Program-made: the position numbers and the translations under genes
In this document: one piece after another, positions 48,201 to 56,422 of the stretch
How positions within the stretch are numbered: position 1 is the first letter of the stretch
Layout of the letters: each line of letters opens with the position of its first letter
From: Bacteroidales bacterium
GTDB lineage: Bacteria; Bacteroidota; Bacteroidia; Bacteroidales; M50B96
DNA: 64,000 nucleotides
Reading direction: 5' to 3'
Assembly (NCBI GenBank): GCA_018401015.1
Contig: JAGYLP010000001.1
Span: 78,463-142,462 of the forward strand
The notes under the pieces: generated by a model
Seen by the model: only the letters and a program-made list of their open reading frames with translations
Database searches by the model: none
What the model was told of the DNA's origin: nothing

Positions 48201-48363
48201 GAACGAGCGTCAGTTCCAGGGAGTTTATAACGATGCTCGTCGCGCTTTTGCCCTTATGCAGGAATTGAGTCGCGTAAGTCGCAATTACGGACAAAATCAA
48301 TTGTCGAAAGAAATCGAAAACGGCTTGATGCTTCATTTGCAGTCGCTCGAGGCCTATTTGTAA
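45286..48363 (+). CDS. DUF2723-type polytopic membrane protein (GT-C-like glycosyltransferase fold, TMEM260-related) with a C-terminal soluble helical-repeat domain
   Basis: The N-terminus [38 protein letters not shown] is the signature I associate with DUF2723. Many TM helices span roughly the first 640 aa. The C-terminal roughly 380 aa are soluble with TPR-like helices ([24 protein letters not shown]). Confidence 0.7.
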   Translation: [1025 protein letters not shown]

Positions 48364-48394
48364 GCGAATAGCTTCTTTAAGCTGGCAATAAAAC

Positions 48395-48428
48395 TGCCGG
48401 AGTCTATTGTAGGCTCCGGCATTTTTTT
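48395..48428 (+). terminator. rho-independent terminator after the DUF2723 gene
   Basis: The stem pairs tgccggag(tcta) with (tagg)ctccggca and is followed by ttttttt. Confidence 0.6.
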
Positions 48429-48827
48429 ATTCCACTTTTCCCTCAATCGCCTATTACGGATGGTAAGTAATCTGGTTCTTTCTTTTGGGCTGAAAAGCAA
48501 GAAGGAGTAGAGTTTTCCTGTCTGTTATCCAACCGTTTTGGTTATTCGGTTGGGGGCAGATCGCTTTGTTAACCTAAGAAATTTTTCATGCTCAATTGAT
48601 CATTCGAATAGGACTACATTGAACAACTTTATGGGAATTCTTGGTGAAATGTACTTGTTATATTTCGAGGGGGTAAGATATTGAATAAGAAAATATTAGA
48701 GGCTTTATGTCATTCTTTTGTAGCGATGAGCGCTTATTAATAGCTGGAATAGTCTAGTAAAGTAAGAGTTGTAGTCTTAAAATCTATGTGTTATAAATTT
48801 TGAAAAATATTAATAATTATTTTGTAC

Positions 48828-49058
48828 ATGAAAACTTTGAAAATAGCTTTACTATCCCTCAGCTTCTTTAGTGTTAGTGTTTTACTAGCTCAGGATCCGC
48901 CACCACCACCTCCTCCCGGTGCTCACGGCTCAACCACGAGCATGAGCCCTTCCTCCGAAGGTGGAGGAGCACCTATCGGCAATGGAGTGTGGATGTTGGG
49001 AGCTTTAGCCATTTCTTACGCTGCTGCTAAACGTAAAAAGAACGCGAAGGCTTCTTAA
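48828..49058 (+). CDS. 76-aa secreted mini-protein: signal peptide, poly-Pro tract, S/T/G-rich linker and a C-terminal hydrophobic helix with a basic tail
   Basis: Sequence MKTLKIALLSLSFFSVSVLLAQ|DPPPPPPPGAHGSTTSMSPSSEGGGAPIGNGVWMLGALAISYAAAKRKKNAKAS. The gene has an AT-rich upstream region of its own and a downstream hairpin with a T run. The track ORF starts 2 codons earlier at a TTG. Confidence 0.55.
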   Translation: MKTLKIALLSLSFFSVSVLLAQDPPPPPPPGAHGSTTSMSPSSEGGGAPIGNGVWMLGALAISYAAAKRKKNAKAS

Positions 49059-49154
49059 GCAGGCTGGATTTGCTTAGTTTTGATGGCTGGGAAGATTAAC
49101 TACTTCCCTTCCTAAATCAATCAGGAATAAGGCATCGCCACTCCTTATGGACCT

Positions 49155-49260
49155 AAGCCCGTTTCCTCTTTCGATTAGCTGAATCAAAACTGAATCCTAC
49201 TTTGAGTAGGAAGCATTACCGGGATTGATAAGCGAACGAATGAAAAGGAAACGGGCTTTT
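49155..49260. terminator. nested inverted repeats between convergent genes (outer 13-bp stem, inner 7-bp hairpin)
   Basis: The outer arms aagcccgtttcct (49155-49167) and aggaaacgggctt (49246-49258) are followed by ttttt. The inner hairpin tcctact-ttg-agtagga lies at 49195-49211. Confidence 0.4.
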
Positions 49261-49286
49261 TTATGGACTCTTTTTTTGAACCCTAA

Positions 49287-50696
49287 TTAAGGTTGCTGAT
49301 TGAGCACGCGGAAAAATTCATTCCGAAAATTTTCGGTGGGCGCGGGGGCTGGAACAAGGAGCAATTTCCCATACGGATCGATAAGGAAATAACTGGGTAT
49401 GGTTTTCACCCGATAGGTTCGAAATAGTTCCGCATGACCTGTTGCATCCAGCACCGTCCAGAAATAGGATTTTTGATGCAAGTTATTCACCAATTCCCGG
49501 TAGTTTTCGTCGCCCGAGAGGCTAACAATCTCCAGTTTCCGCTTGAACTCTTCCTGTAATTCCTGCATCAGCTCAAAGTTTACCCGACAGGGATATGATT
49601 CTTGCGAGCAAAAATTCAGGTAAACGTATTTCCCCCTAAAATCGCTGAGGCTAACGATGTTCCCGTTAGCGTCGGGGAGTTTGAAATCAGGAGCCGGTTG
49701 ACCCGGCATGAGTTGCAAAATTTGTTTTTTAATGTGCGGGGTGAGCGATTGGATAAACTGATTCGAGCTGTTTGCCATTGCGCTATCGAGCAATGCGACG
49801 AGTTTTTCGCCTTCGAAGCGTCCCTGCCAGTAGCGAGTAAAGCTAACATGAAGCAGGAAAAATTCGGCCCAGGAATCTGTTTCGAAACCTTTCACCGCTT
49901 GCAGGTGCGATAAGGCTACTTTCCAATCTCCTTGATTCATGGCCTCGTTCAACGCTGCCGACTCTCGTTGTGCATAGGCAAACAAACCATTTTGTTCTTC
50001 TTTCAGAAAGCGCATGTAGGACTCATGGTTCGGCATAATGGAATCGGTCGAAAAATACTCGGCCAGCAAAAGCTGCGCAGGTTTATAATGAACCAGTTGT
50101 TTTAATGGGGCTAATTCATATTTCAGTTGGGTCGACCAGAAAACAGATACAGGAGGGAAATCTGCATATTGTTTATCGATAAAAGCCTGAAGTGTTTTGG
50201 GCGATAAAGCTCTGCGGATAAGGGCTGTTTCGTGCACCATCATGAAAGAATCGATCCGGAAAGTAAGCTCCCGGATTCGAAAATTGACTTCGTTCGCCTC
50301 GGTGCTGGATATGCCCAGAAAGATGGTTGGTTGTTCAAAAAGAGGATTTAAGGATTCTGCCTTGCTTTTTTTACGGTATTCGGGTAACACGATTTCGTAA
50401 TATTTCCCTGCTTCAGCATAAAAACTACCTCGGTAATAGCCCAAATCGACGTATAATTGCTCGGTGCCGGCAAGGTTGAACACAGCCTTCCAATTTCCAG
50501 CTTCATCTACCTTGCAACTCGCTAAAGTATCCACCGGGTAAGTGATTTGATTGGAGTAACGATAAAAATGAAGTGCTTGCCCGGAATAGGTTTCTGCTTG
50601 TCCCCAAATGGTCGTCTCTTGTGCATGGATCGGTGATAGGGCTAGGCTCACGATTGTAAAAACGGAAAGAAAAGGCACCACGAACTTTTTGAACAT
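49287..50696 (-). CDS. secreted protein with a C-terminal TlpA/ResA-like thioredoxin-fold domain carrying a non-canonical active site
   Basis: The likely start is MFKKFVVPFLSVFTIVSLALSPIHAQ at 50696. The C-terminal segment APDFKLPDANGNIVSLSDFRGKYVYLNFCSQESYPCRVNF...IPSYFLIDPYGKLL aligns to TlpA-type domains, but WCxPC is replaced by C-SQE-SYPC. Confidence 0.65.
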   Translation of the reverse strand: MFKKFVVPFLSVFTIVSLALSPIHAQETTIWGQAETYSGQALHFYRYSNQITYPVDTLASCKVDEAGNWKAVFNLAGTEQLYVDLGYYRGSFYAEAGKYYEIVLPEYRKKSKAESLNPLFEQPTIFLGISSTEANEVNFRIRELTFRIDSFMMVHETALIRRALSPKTLQAFIDKQYADFPPVSVFWSTQLKYELAPLKQLVHYKPAQLLLAEYFSTDSIMPNHESYMRFLKEEQNGLFAYAQRESAALNEAMNQGDWKVALSHLQAVKGFETDSWAEFFLLHVSFTRYWQGRFEGEKLVALLDSAMANSSNQFIQSLTPHIKKQILQLMPGQPAPDFKLPDANGNIVSLSDFRGKYVYLNFCSQESYPCRVNFELMQELQEEFKRKLEIVSLSGDENYRELVNNLHQKSYFWTVLDATGHAELFRTYRVKTIPSYFLIDPYGKLLLVPAPAPTENFRNEFFRVLNQQP

Positions 50697-50848
50697 GAAT
50701 TTGGGAAAAGTTGAGTAAAAAAAACGGCTTCGAAACGAGAACGAATTTAGAACAATTTTCATACGTAGCGACTTTAATTTATCCGGATTCATTGGCTAAT
50801 AAAGACTACTTTCGTTCGATCAATGAAGGCGCATAAAACAGGATAATC

Positions 50849-51847
50849 ATGTCGAAACCCAGCATTTTTCTTACCGGAGCAAGTGGTTTGCTAGGCTCAC
50901 ACCTGGCTGCTTTTCTCCTACATCGGAAGAAAGCCGTATTGGCCTTAAATCGAAGTAATTCGAATAAATCCCAAATAAAAAGAATCTATGCTTTGCTTTT
51001 TCCCGATGAAGCTTTTCCCGAAGAATTACTGCATTGGGTAGAGGGCGACATGGAGGATTATGCCTTGTTGGTAAATTCTTTGGACGGAATCGACGAAGTG
51101 TATCATGCTGCAGCTCTGGTTAGCTTTAATCCGGCCGACGAAGCCGAAATGATTCGAACCAATGTGAATGGCACATCCGCTTTGGTCAATGCTGCTTTGG
51201 AAGCCGGTGTGAAAAAGTTTTGCCATGTTAGCTCTACGGCTGCTTTAGGGAAGGAAGATCGTGAGGGTTTCATCGATGAAAAAAGTCCACGCAATCAGGC
51301 CGACGATTATTCAACCTATAGCCTGAGTAAGTTTTATTCCGAGAATGAAGTTTGGCGAGGCATTGAAGAAGGGCTAAATGCGGTTATCGTGAATCCTTCG
51401 GTTATTTTAGGTCCCGGCGATTGGACTCGAAGCAGCGGGCAATTATTCCGCACGGTGGCTAAAGGCATGCCTTTTTATACCACCGGTATTACCGGTTATG
51501 TCGATGTACGCGACGTGGTAACGGTGATGCTTTCGCTCATGGAAAAAGAAAAGTGGGGTGAGCGCTATTGCGTGAGTGCCCACAACTGGAGTGTTCGGGA
51601 AGTTTTTAGTGAGATTGCGGTTCGGGTCGATAAGAAGCCACCTCGTTGGGAAGCAAAACCCTGGATGATTGCTCTGGCTTATCGTTGGGGAGCTGTTTTT
51701 AAAGGGAAGAATCAATCGTTGACCCGTGATTCGGCGCGCAGTGCTTTTTCCAAACATTACTACCGATCGGACAAAGTAAAGGAGGTGTTATCCTTCACCT
51801 TCATGTCGAAGGAAGAAACCTGGGATTATGCCTTGAAGCGCTTGTGA
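50849..51847 (+). CDS. NAD-dependent epimerase/dehydratase family protein
   Basis: Motifs FLTGASGLLGSHL and YSLSK (YxxxK) are present. The length is 332 aa. Confidence 0.8.
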   Translation: MSKPSIFLTGASGLLGSHLAAFLLHRKKAVLALNRSNSNKSQIKRIYALLFPDEAFPEELLHWVEGDMEDYALLVNSLDGIDEVYHAAALVSFNPADEAEMIRTNVNGTSALVNAALEAGVKKFCHVSSTAALGKEDREGFIDEKSPRNQADDYSTYSLSKFYSENEVWRGIEEGLNAVIVNPSVILGPGDWTRSSGQLFRTVAKGMPFYTTGITGYVDVRDVVTVMLSLMEKEKWGERYCVSAHNWSVREVFSEIAVRVDKKPPRWEAKPWMIALAYRWGAVFKGKNQSLTRDSARSAFSKHYYRSDKVKEVLSFTFMSKEETWDYALKRL

Positions 51848-51943
51848 TTTTCTTTCTTCAGTTAAAAGAACAAATTCCGAAAGAAGCTGGAGCTCTTTAG
51901 TGCAAAATATTCTGTCTAATTCACAGCAATCCTAAATTTCCTT

Positions 51944-52816
51944 CTAAGCACTCACGAGCGATTGCGCCATGAGTAGCATCATGATCCCTAAAAGAAAAAG
52001 ATTGATGTTCATGAAAACTGCGCGAAAACGGAATTTCTGTACTTGTTCCTGAATAAGTGTGCGCGATGCAACCAACAGGGATAGGCTAAAAAGACTCAAT
52101 AAGCCAATCAGCAGTGGGTGGTGAATTACCTGAAAAATGACCAATAAAAAGGCCGAAAAAACAGTTCCTGTCATCCAGGTAAAAATGATGCGCTTAGCTT
52201 GCTGCTCTTCAATGTAATCGGTTATAACCGGATAGCCTGCCATGCGGTACTGTTCTCCGAGTTTGAGTACCAATAAAATGAAATGGGGAACCTGCCAAAT
52301 GAAGAAGAAGAAAGCAACCAGAAGGATATCGCTTGCAAACCAACTTCCTCCGGCGCTTGTATAGCCAATCATGGGTGGCAAGGCTCCAATGACCGATCCT
52401 ACGATGACGGCGAAAATTGAAACACGCTTCATAGGCGTGTACACACCATTGTACCAAAAGAGGGTAAGCCAGGCCAGGAATAAGCTGGTCCAATTAGACG
52501 AAATATAAAGGATTACTGATCCAACTATTCCGGTGATGAGCACGTAATTAATGGCGTACTGCTTGCTGATTTTTCCAGCTGGGAGTGGACGGTTTTGAGT
52601 CCGTTCCATTTTTGCATCGTGATTTCTTTCCTGATATTGATTCAGCGCAGCCGACGAGGCAGCTATGAGGAAAACGCCCAGGACCGGAAGAATCGAATGC
52701 CAGGTAAACGATTCACTGTGCAATAAATAGCCGGTTAAGGTCGACAGTGTTACCGCAACGGTAATGCGTATCTTCCCCAAGTCGCTCCAAATGGCCCAAC
52801 GTTCCTTCATGTTCAT
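51944..52816 (-). CDS. cyoE: protoheme IX farnesyltransferase (heme O synthase)
   Basis: This is a UbiA-family polytopic protein with ALNQYQERNHDAKMERTQNRPLPAG. It is the last gene of the oxidase operon. Confidence 0.85.
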   Translation of the reverse strand: MNMKERWAIWSDLGKIRITVAVTLSTLTGYLLHSESFTWHSILPVLGVFLIAASSAALNQYQERNHDAKMERTQNRPLPAGKISKQYAINYVLITGIVGSVILYISSNWTSLFLAWLTLFWYNGVYTPMKRVSIFAVIVGSVIGALPPMIGYTSAGGSWFASDILLVAFFFFIWQVPHFILLVLKLGEQYRMAGYPVITDYIEEQQAKRIIFTWMTGTVFSAFLLVIFQVIHHPLLIGLLSLFSLSLLVASRTLIQEQVQKFRFRAVFMNINLFLLGIMMLLMAQSLVSA

Positions 52817-52827
52817 CTCGAAAAGTT

Positions 52828-53748
52828 TTATTGTAAGGATTTTAAGTAGAGGATAATTTTATCCACTTCTTCTTCACTTAATTGACCTTCGTACGATGGC
52901 ATTAGGCCAGGTACGTATCCATCCACTACCTTCGCATTGGGTTGATAAATCGATTCACGGATATAGTCCTCATCGACCGTGATTTCTTGTTTTTCACCGT
53001 TAACGAGCACCGTTTTAGTCGAGCCATAAAGATTTTTAAACGTGGATCCAACCAGTTTGCTACCATCGATTGAGTGACAGGCAACGCAACCTTTTGCTTT
53101 GGTGAAACGAGCCGCTTCCGTTACCGGATCGATTTCGGCAGTAGCCGGGTTATTGGCAGCAATCCAATCCTGATACTCTTTATCGGGCAGGGTAATAAGT
53201 TTGGTAATCATTGCGGAATGGAGCAGTCCGCAATATTCGGCACAGAAAATATCGAAGGTGTCGATTTTATCAGCTTCGAACCACATGTAATTGGCCCGAC
53301 CCGGATTCACGTCTTCTTTCACCCTAAAGGCAGGAATGTAGAGCGAGTGAATCACATCTTGCGAGAGTAAATTCAGTTTTACCGGAGTGTTTACGGGTAC
53401 TTTGAGGGTATCGTACTGGAATCCGTTCGGATATTCGAAGGTCCAGCTCCACATACGACCGGTTACATCAATTTCGATAGCACCATCGGGCACTTCGCGC
53501 AAAGGTGTATAGCCAATGTATCCAATCCAGAACATCACCAGAACAAGAATAGTAGGTATAACGGTCCAAATGATTTCGAGGCGGGTGTCACCTTCAATTT
53601 GGGTTGCCACCGGATTTTTTTTCCGGCTGTATTTAATGGCAAATCGGACCATCACAAAGGTGATGGCAATGAGCAAAATGGTACTTACGCCAATGATGAA
53701 AATCAGTGCGAAATCGACATCGCCGGCAAAAGTAGATGCGGTTTTCAT
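52828..53748 (-). CDS. ctaC: cytochrome c oxidase subunit II fused to a C-terminal cytochrome c domain (caa3 type)
   Basis: The CuA site is FCAEYCGLLHSAM and the heme c motif is CVACHS. Two N-terminal TM helices are present. Confidence 0.9.
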   Translation of the reverse strand: MKTASTFAGDVDFALIFIIGVSTILLIAITFVMVRFAIKYSRKKNPVATQIEGDTRLEIIWTVIPTILVLVMFWIGYIGYTPLREVPDGAIEIDVTGRMWSWTFEYPNGFQYDTLKVPVNTPVKLNLLSQDVIHSLYIPAFRVKEDVNPGRANYMWFEADKIDTFDIFCAEYCGLLHSAMITKLITLPDKEYQDWIAANNPATAEIDPVTEAARFTKAKGCVACHSIDGSKLVGSTFKNLYGSTKTVLVNGEKQEITVDEDYIRESIYQPNAKVVDGYVPGLMPSYEGQLSEEEVDKIILYLKSLQ

Positions 53749-53763
53749 GGTCTTTCCTCCTCC

Positions 53764-54048
53764 CTATCTGAATGAATAATCGATGAATAAAAATGCCAGC
53801 ACAGCTATCAGCACAAAAAGACAGATAAACACCATGGTTCGGAAAAACTTGTTTTCGAACTTGAGGTGCATAAAAAAGTAGCCTACCAGAATCGATTTGA
53901 CAGTAGCTACCAGAAGTGCAATGATGACGGTGAGCGCTTTGAAATCGAACTGGGCTATCTCAATGGTAACAAAAGTGAGAATCAATAAGTCTATCCAGAT
54001 GAGGATGTTTTTTTTGTCGCTTACAATGTGAGTATGATTGGTGTCCAT
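53764..54048 (-). CDS. cytochrome c oxidase subunit IV family small membrane protein
   Basis: The 94-aa protein has three TM helices and carries FFMHLKFENKF. It lies between the subunit III and subunit II genes. Confidence 0.7.
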   Translation of the reverse strand: MDTNHTHIVSDKKNILIWIDLLILTFVTIEIAQFDFKALTVIIALLVATVKSILVGYFFMHLKFENKFFRTMVFICLFVLIAVLAFLFIDYSFR

Positions 54049-54103
54049 GCTTGAAATGTATTGATTTCTTTAATGATGATGGTTGTTCTCGTGTAACAGT
54101 CAA

Positions 54104-54751
54104 TCAAATGATTAGATAGAAGAGTGGGAAAAGATAAATCCAGATAACATCCACCAAGTGCCAGTACAATCCTGCATTTTCCTGCAGAACATAATTATCG
54201 GGAGTAACTTCGCCACGCTGAATATACCAAAGGATGAATCCAATAAAGGTGACTCCAACAATGATGTGTAGGGCATGCAAACCGGTCATAAAATAGTAGA
54301 GTAAAAAGAAAAGCGATTCGCCGGAACTGAGCTCCCCAAATTCTTTCATGCCCGGAAATAATCCGTGATGGATTTTGGCTCCCCATTCGAAATACTTATT
54401 CACCATGAAGGTTAACGCAAAAACAATGGTAATCCATAATAACCATTTGGCTTTGCGAATATGCCCGCTTTGAATGGCCGAAATCGATAAAGCTACCGTG
54501 AGCGACGAAGTAAGCAACACCACGGTATTGATTGCGCCAATGACCCAATCGAGGCGAGCGGATCCATCGTGGAATGCTTCGGAATTGAGATACCGATAAG
54601 CGGCATAAACCACAAATAAACCTCCAAATAAAAGAACCTCGGTGAAGAGAAACAACCACATTCCCATGCGTTTCCCTTCGTCGTCGCGGTGGTGGGCATG
54701 CTCAAGGGTAGCTGCCGCGTGAACCGTTTCGTTGCTGATTACTGCATCCAT
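54104..54751 (-). CDS. ctaE: cytochrome c oxidase subunit III
   Basis: The 215-aa polytopic protein has His-rich helices (GLHALHIIVG, YWHLVDVIW) typical of heme-copper oxidase subunit III. Confidence 0.85.
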   Translation of the reverse strand: MDAVISNETVHAAATLEHAHHRDDEGKRMGMWLFLFTEVLLFGGLFVVYAAYRYLNSEAFHDGSARLDWVIGAINTVVLLTSSLTVALSISAIQSGHIRKAKWLLWITIVFALTFMVNKYFEWGAKIHHGLFPGMKEFGELSSGESLFFLLYYFMTGLHALHIIVGVTFIGFILWYIQRGEVTPDNYVLQENAGLYWHLVDVIWIYLFPLFYLII

Positions 54752-54787
54752 TGCTTCAAGTGAATTAGTGTGTCCGTTTGTTGAAAA

Positions 54788-56407
54788 TTAAATATGATGA
54801 CGTTTTTCGCCAGGATAATCGTAAGGATTCTTATCGACTACCGGTGGGGTTGGGAAATTGAAAATAGGCGGAGGACTGGCTGTAGTCCACTCCAAGGTGG
54901 ACCCTCCCCAAGGATTTTTGGGAGCCGCTTCGCCACGTTTAGCCGAGCTAACCAGATTCCAGATAGCCATGATCAATCCAATGAATAAAACCCATGATCC
55001 GACGGTCGAAAGCTGATTCAGGAAAGTGAATTCTTCGAGGTAATCGTAGTAACGACGGGGCATACCCTGTATCCCTACGATGAAGAGTGGGAAGTACAAC
55101 AGATTGAATCCGAAGAAAAAGATGGTAAAGGCAATGTTAGCCCGTTTTTCATTATAGAGTTTTCCCCAGATTTTTGGAAACCAGTAATGAACTGCTCCAA
55201 AAAAGGCAAATCCTACTCCACCAAACATGGTGTAATGAAAGTGAGCTACCACGAAATAGGTGTCGTGTACGTGAATATCGGCAGCTAAAGCTCCTACCAC
55301 CAATCCGGTAAATCCTCCAATCATGAAGAGGAAAATGAACGCAAATGCGTATAGCAAGGGTGTTCGCACATCGATGGATCCTTTGTAAAGAGTGGCTACC
55401 CAGTTGAATACTTTAACTCCGGAAGGAATGGCAACCAGGAAGGTTAGTATCGAGAAGATGATTCGGGCTGTTTCGCTCATGCCGGAGGTGTACATGTGGT
55501 GGCCCCAAACAAAATATCCTACAAAAGCAATAGCGAGACTCGAGTACACAATGGCTTTATAGCCGAAAATCGATTTGCGTGCAAAGGTTGGAATGATCTC
55601 CGAGATAATACCCATTGCCGGAAGAATCATGATGTACACAGCGGGGTGAGAATAAATCCAGAAAAGGTGCTGATAAAGAACAGGATCGCCACCAATAGAA
55701 GGATCGAAGAAACCAACGTTGAGGGTTCGTTCGGCAACTACCATTAATAAGGTAATTCCTACAATGGGAGTAGCTAAAACTTGAATCCAACTGGCTGCAT
55801 ACAAAGCCCAGGGGAACAAGGGCATTTTCATCCAACCCATTCCTTTGGCTCGCATGCGGTGCATGGTTACAATGAAGTTTAATCCGGTCAGGATCGAGGA
55901 GAATCCGAGGATGAATGCGGCCAATACAGCCATGATCACATTGGTTCCGGTCTTAACGCTGTAAGGGGCATAAAAGGTCCAACCGGTGTCGGGTGGTCCA
56001 TCGCCCAAAATCAAGGTACTCAATGCCATCAAACCACCCACGACATACAAATACCAAGAGAACAGATTCAGCTTAGGGAAAGCCACATCGTCGGCACCTA
56101 TCAAAATGGGTAGGAAAAAGTTGCCGAAAATGGCCGGTATGCCCGGTATGATGAAAAGGAAAATCATGATGACCCCGTGAAGGGTGAATATGGAGTTATA
56201 GGTTTGCGCACCCATGATGGTTTCGCCTGGTGCGATTAGCTCCAGACGCATGAGCAAACCTAACAGAACCCCAACCAGAAAGAATCCCACTACTCCATAG
56301 AAATAGAGTAAGGCTATCCGTTTGTGGTCATGGGTGGTAACCCAGGATTTGAACCCCCGGCTGGTTTTAAAATAATCAACTTCGTTGTTTACATGCGAAT
56401 GCGACAT
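54788..56407 (-). CDS. ctaD: cytochrome c oxidase subunit I, A2-type
   Basis: FWIYSHPAVYIMILP carries the YS variant of the GHPEVY motif. HHMYTSG and VAHFHY are also present. The length is 539 aa. Confidence 0.95.
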   Translation of the reverse strand: MSHSHVNNEVDYFKTSRGFKSWVTTHDHKRIALLYFYGVVGFFLVGVLLGLLMRLELIAPGETIMGAQTYNSIFTLHGVIMIFLFIIPGIPAIFGNFFLPILIGADDVAFPKLNLFSWYLYVVGGLMALSTLILGDGPPDTGWTFYAPYSVKTGTNVIMAVLAAFILGFSSILTGLNFIVTMHRMRAKGMGWMKMPLFPWALYAASWIQVLATPIVGITLLMVVAERTLNVGFFDPSIGGDPVLYQHLFWIYSHPAVYIMILPAMGIISEIIPTFARKSIFGYKAIVYSSLAIAFVGYFVWGHHMYTSGMSETARIIFSILTFLVAIPSGVKVFNWVATLYKGSIDVRTPLLYAFAFIFLFMIGGFTGLVVGALAADIHVHDTYFVVAHFHYTMFGGVGFAFFGAVHYWFPKIWGKLYNEKRANIAFTIFFFGFNLLYFPLFIVGIQGMPRRYYDYLEEFTFLNQLSTVGSWVLFIGLIMAIWNLVSSAKRGEAAPKNPWGGSTLEWTTASPPPIFNFPTPPVVDKNPYDYPGEKRHHI

Positions 56408-56422
56408 GATTGAACCTCCTTG

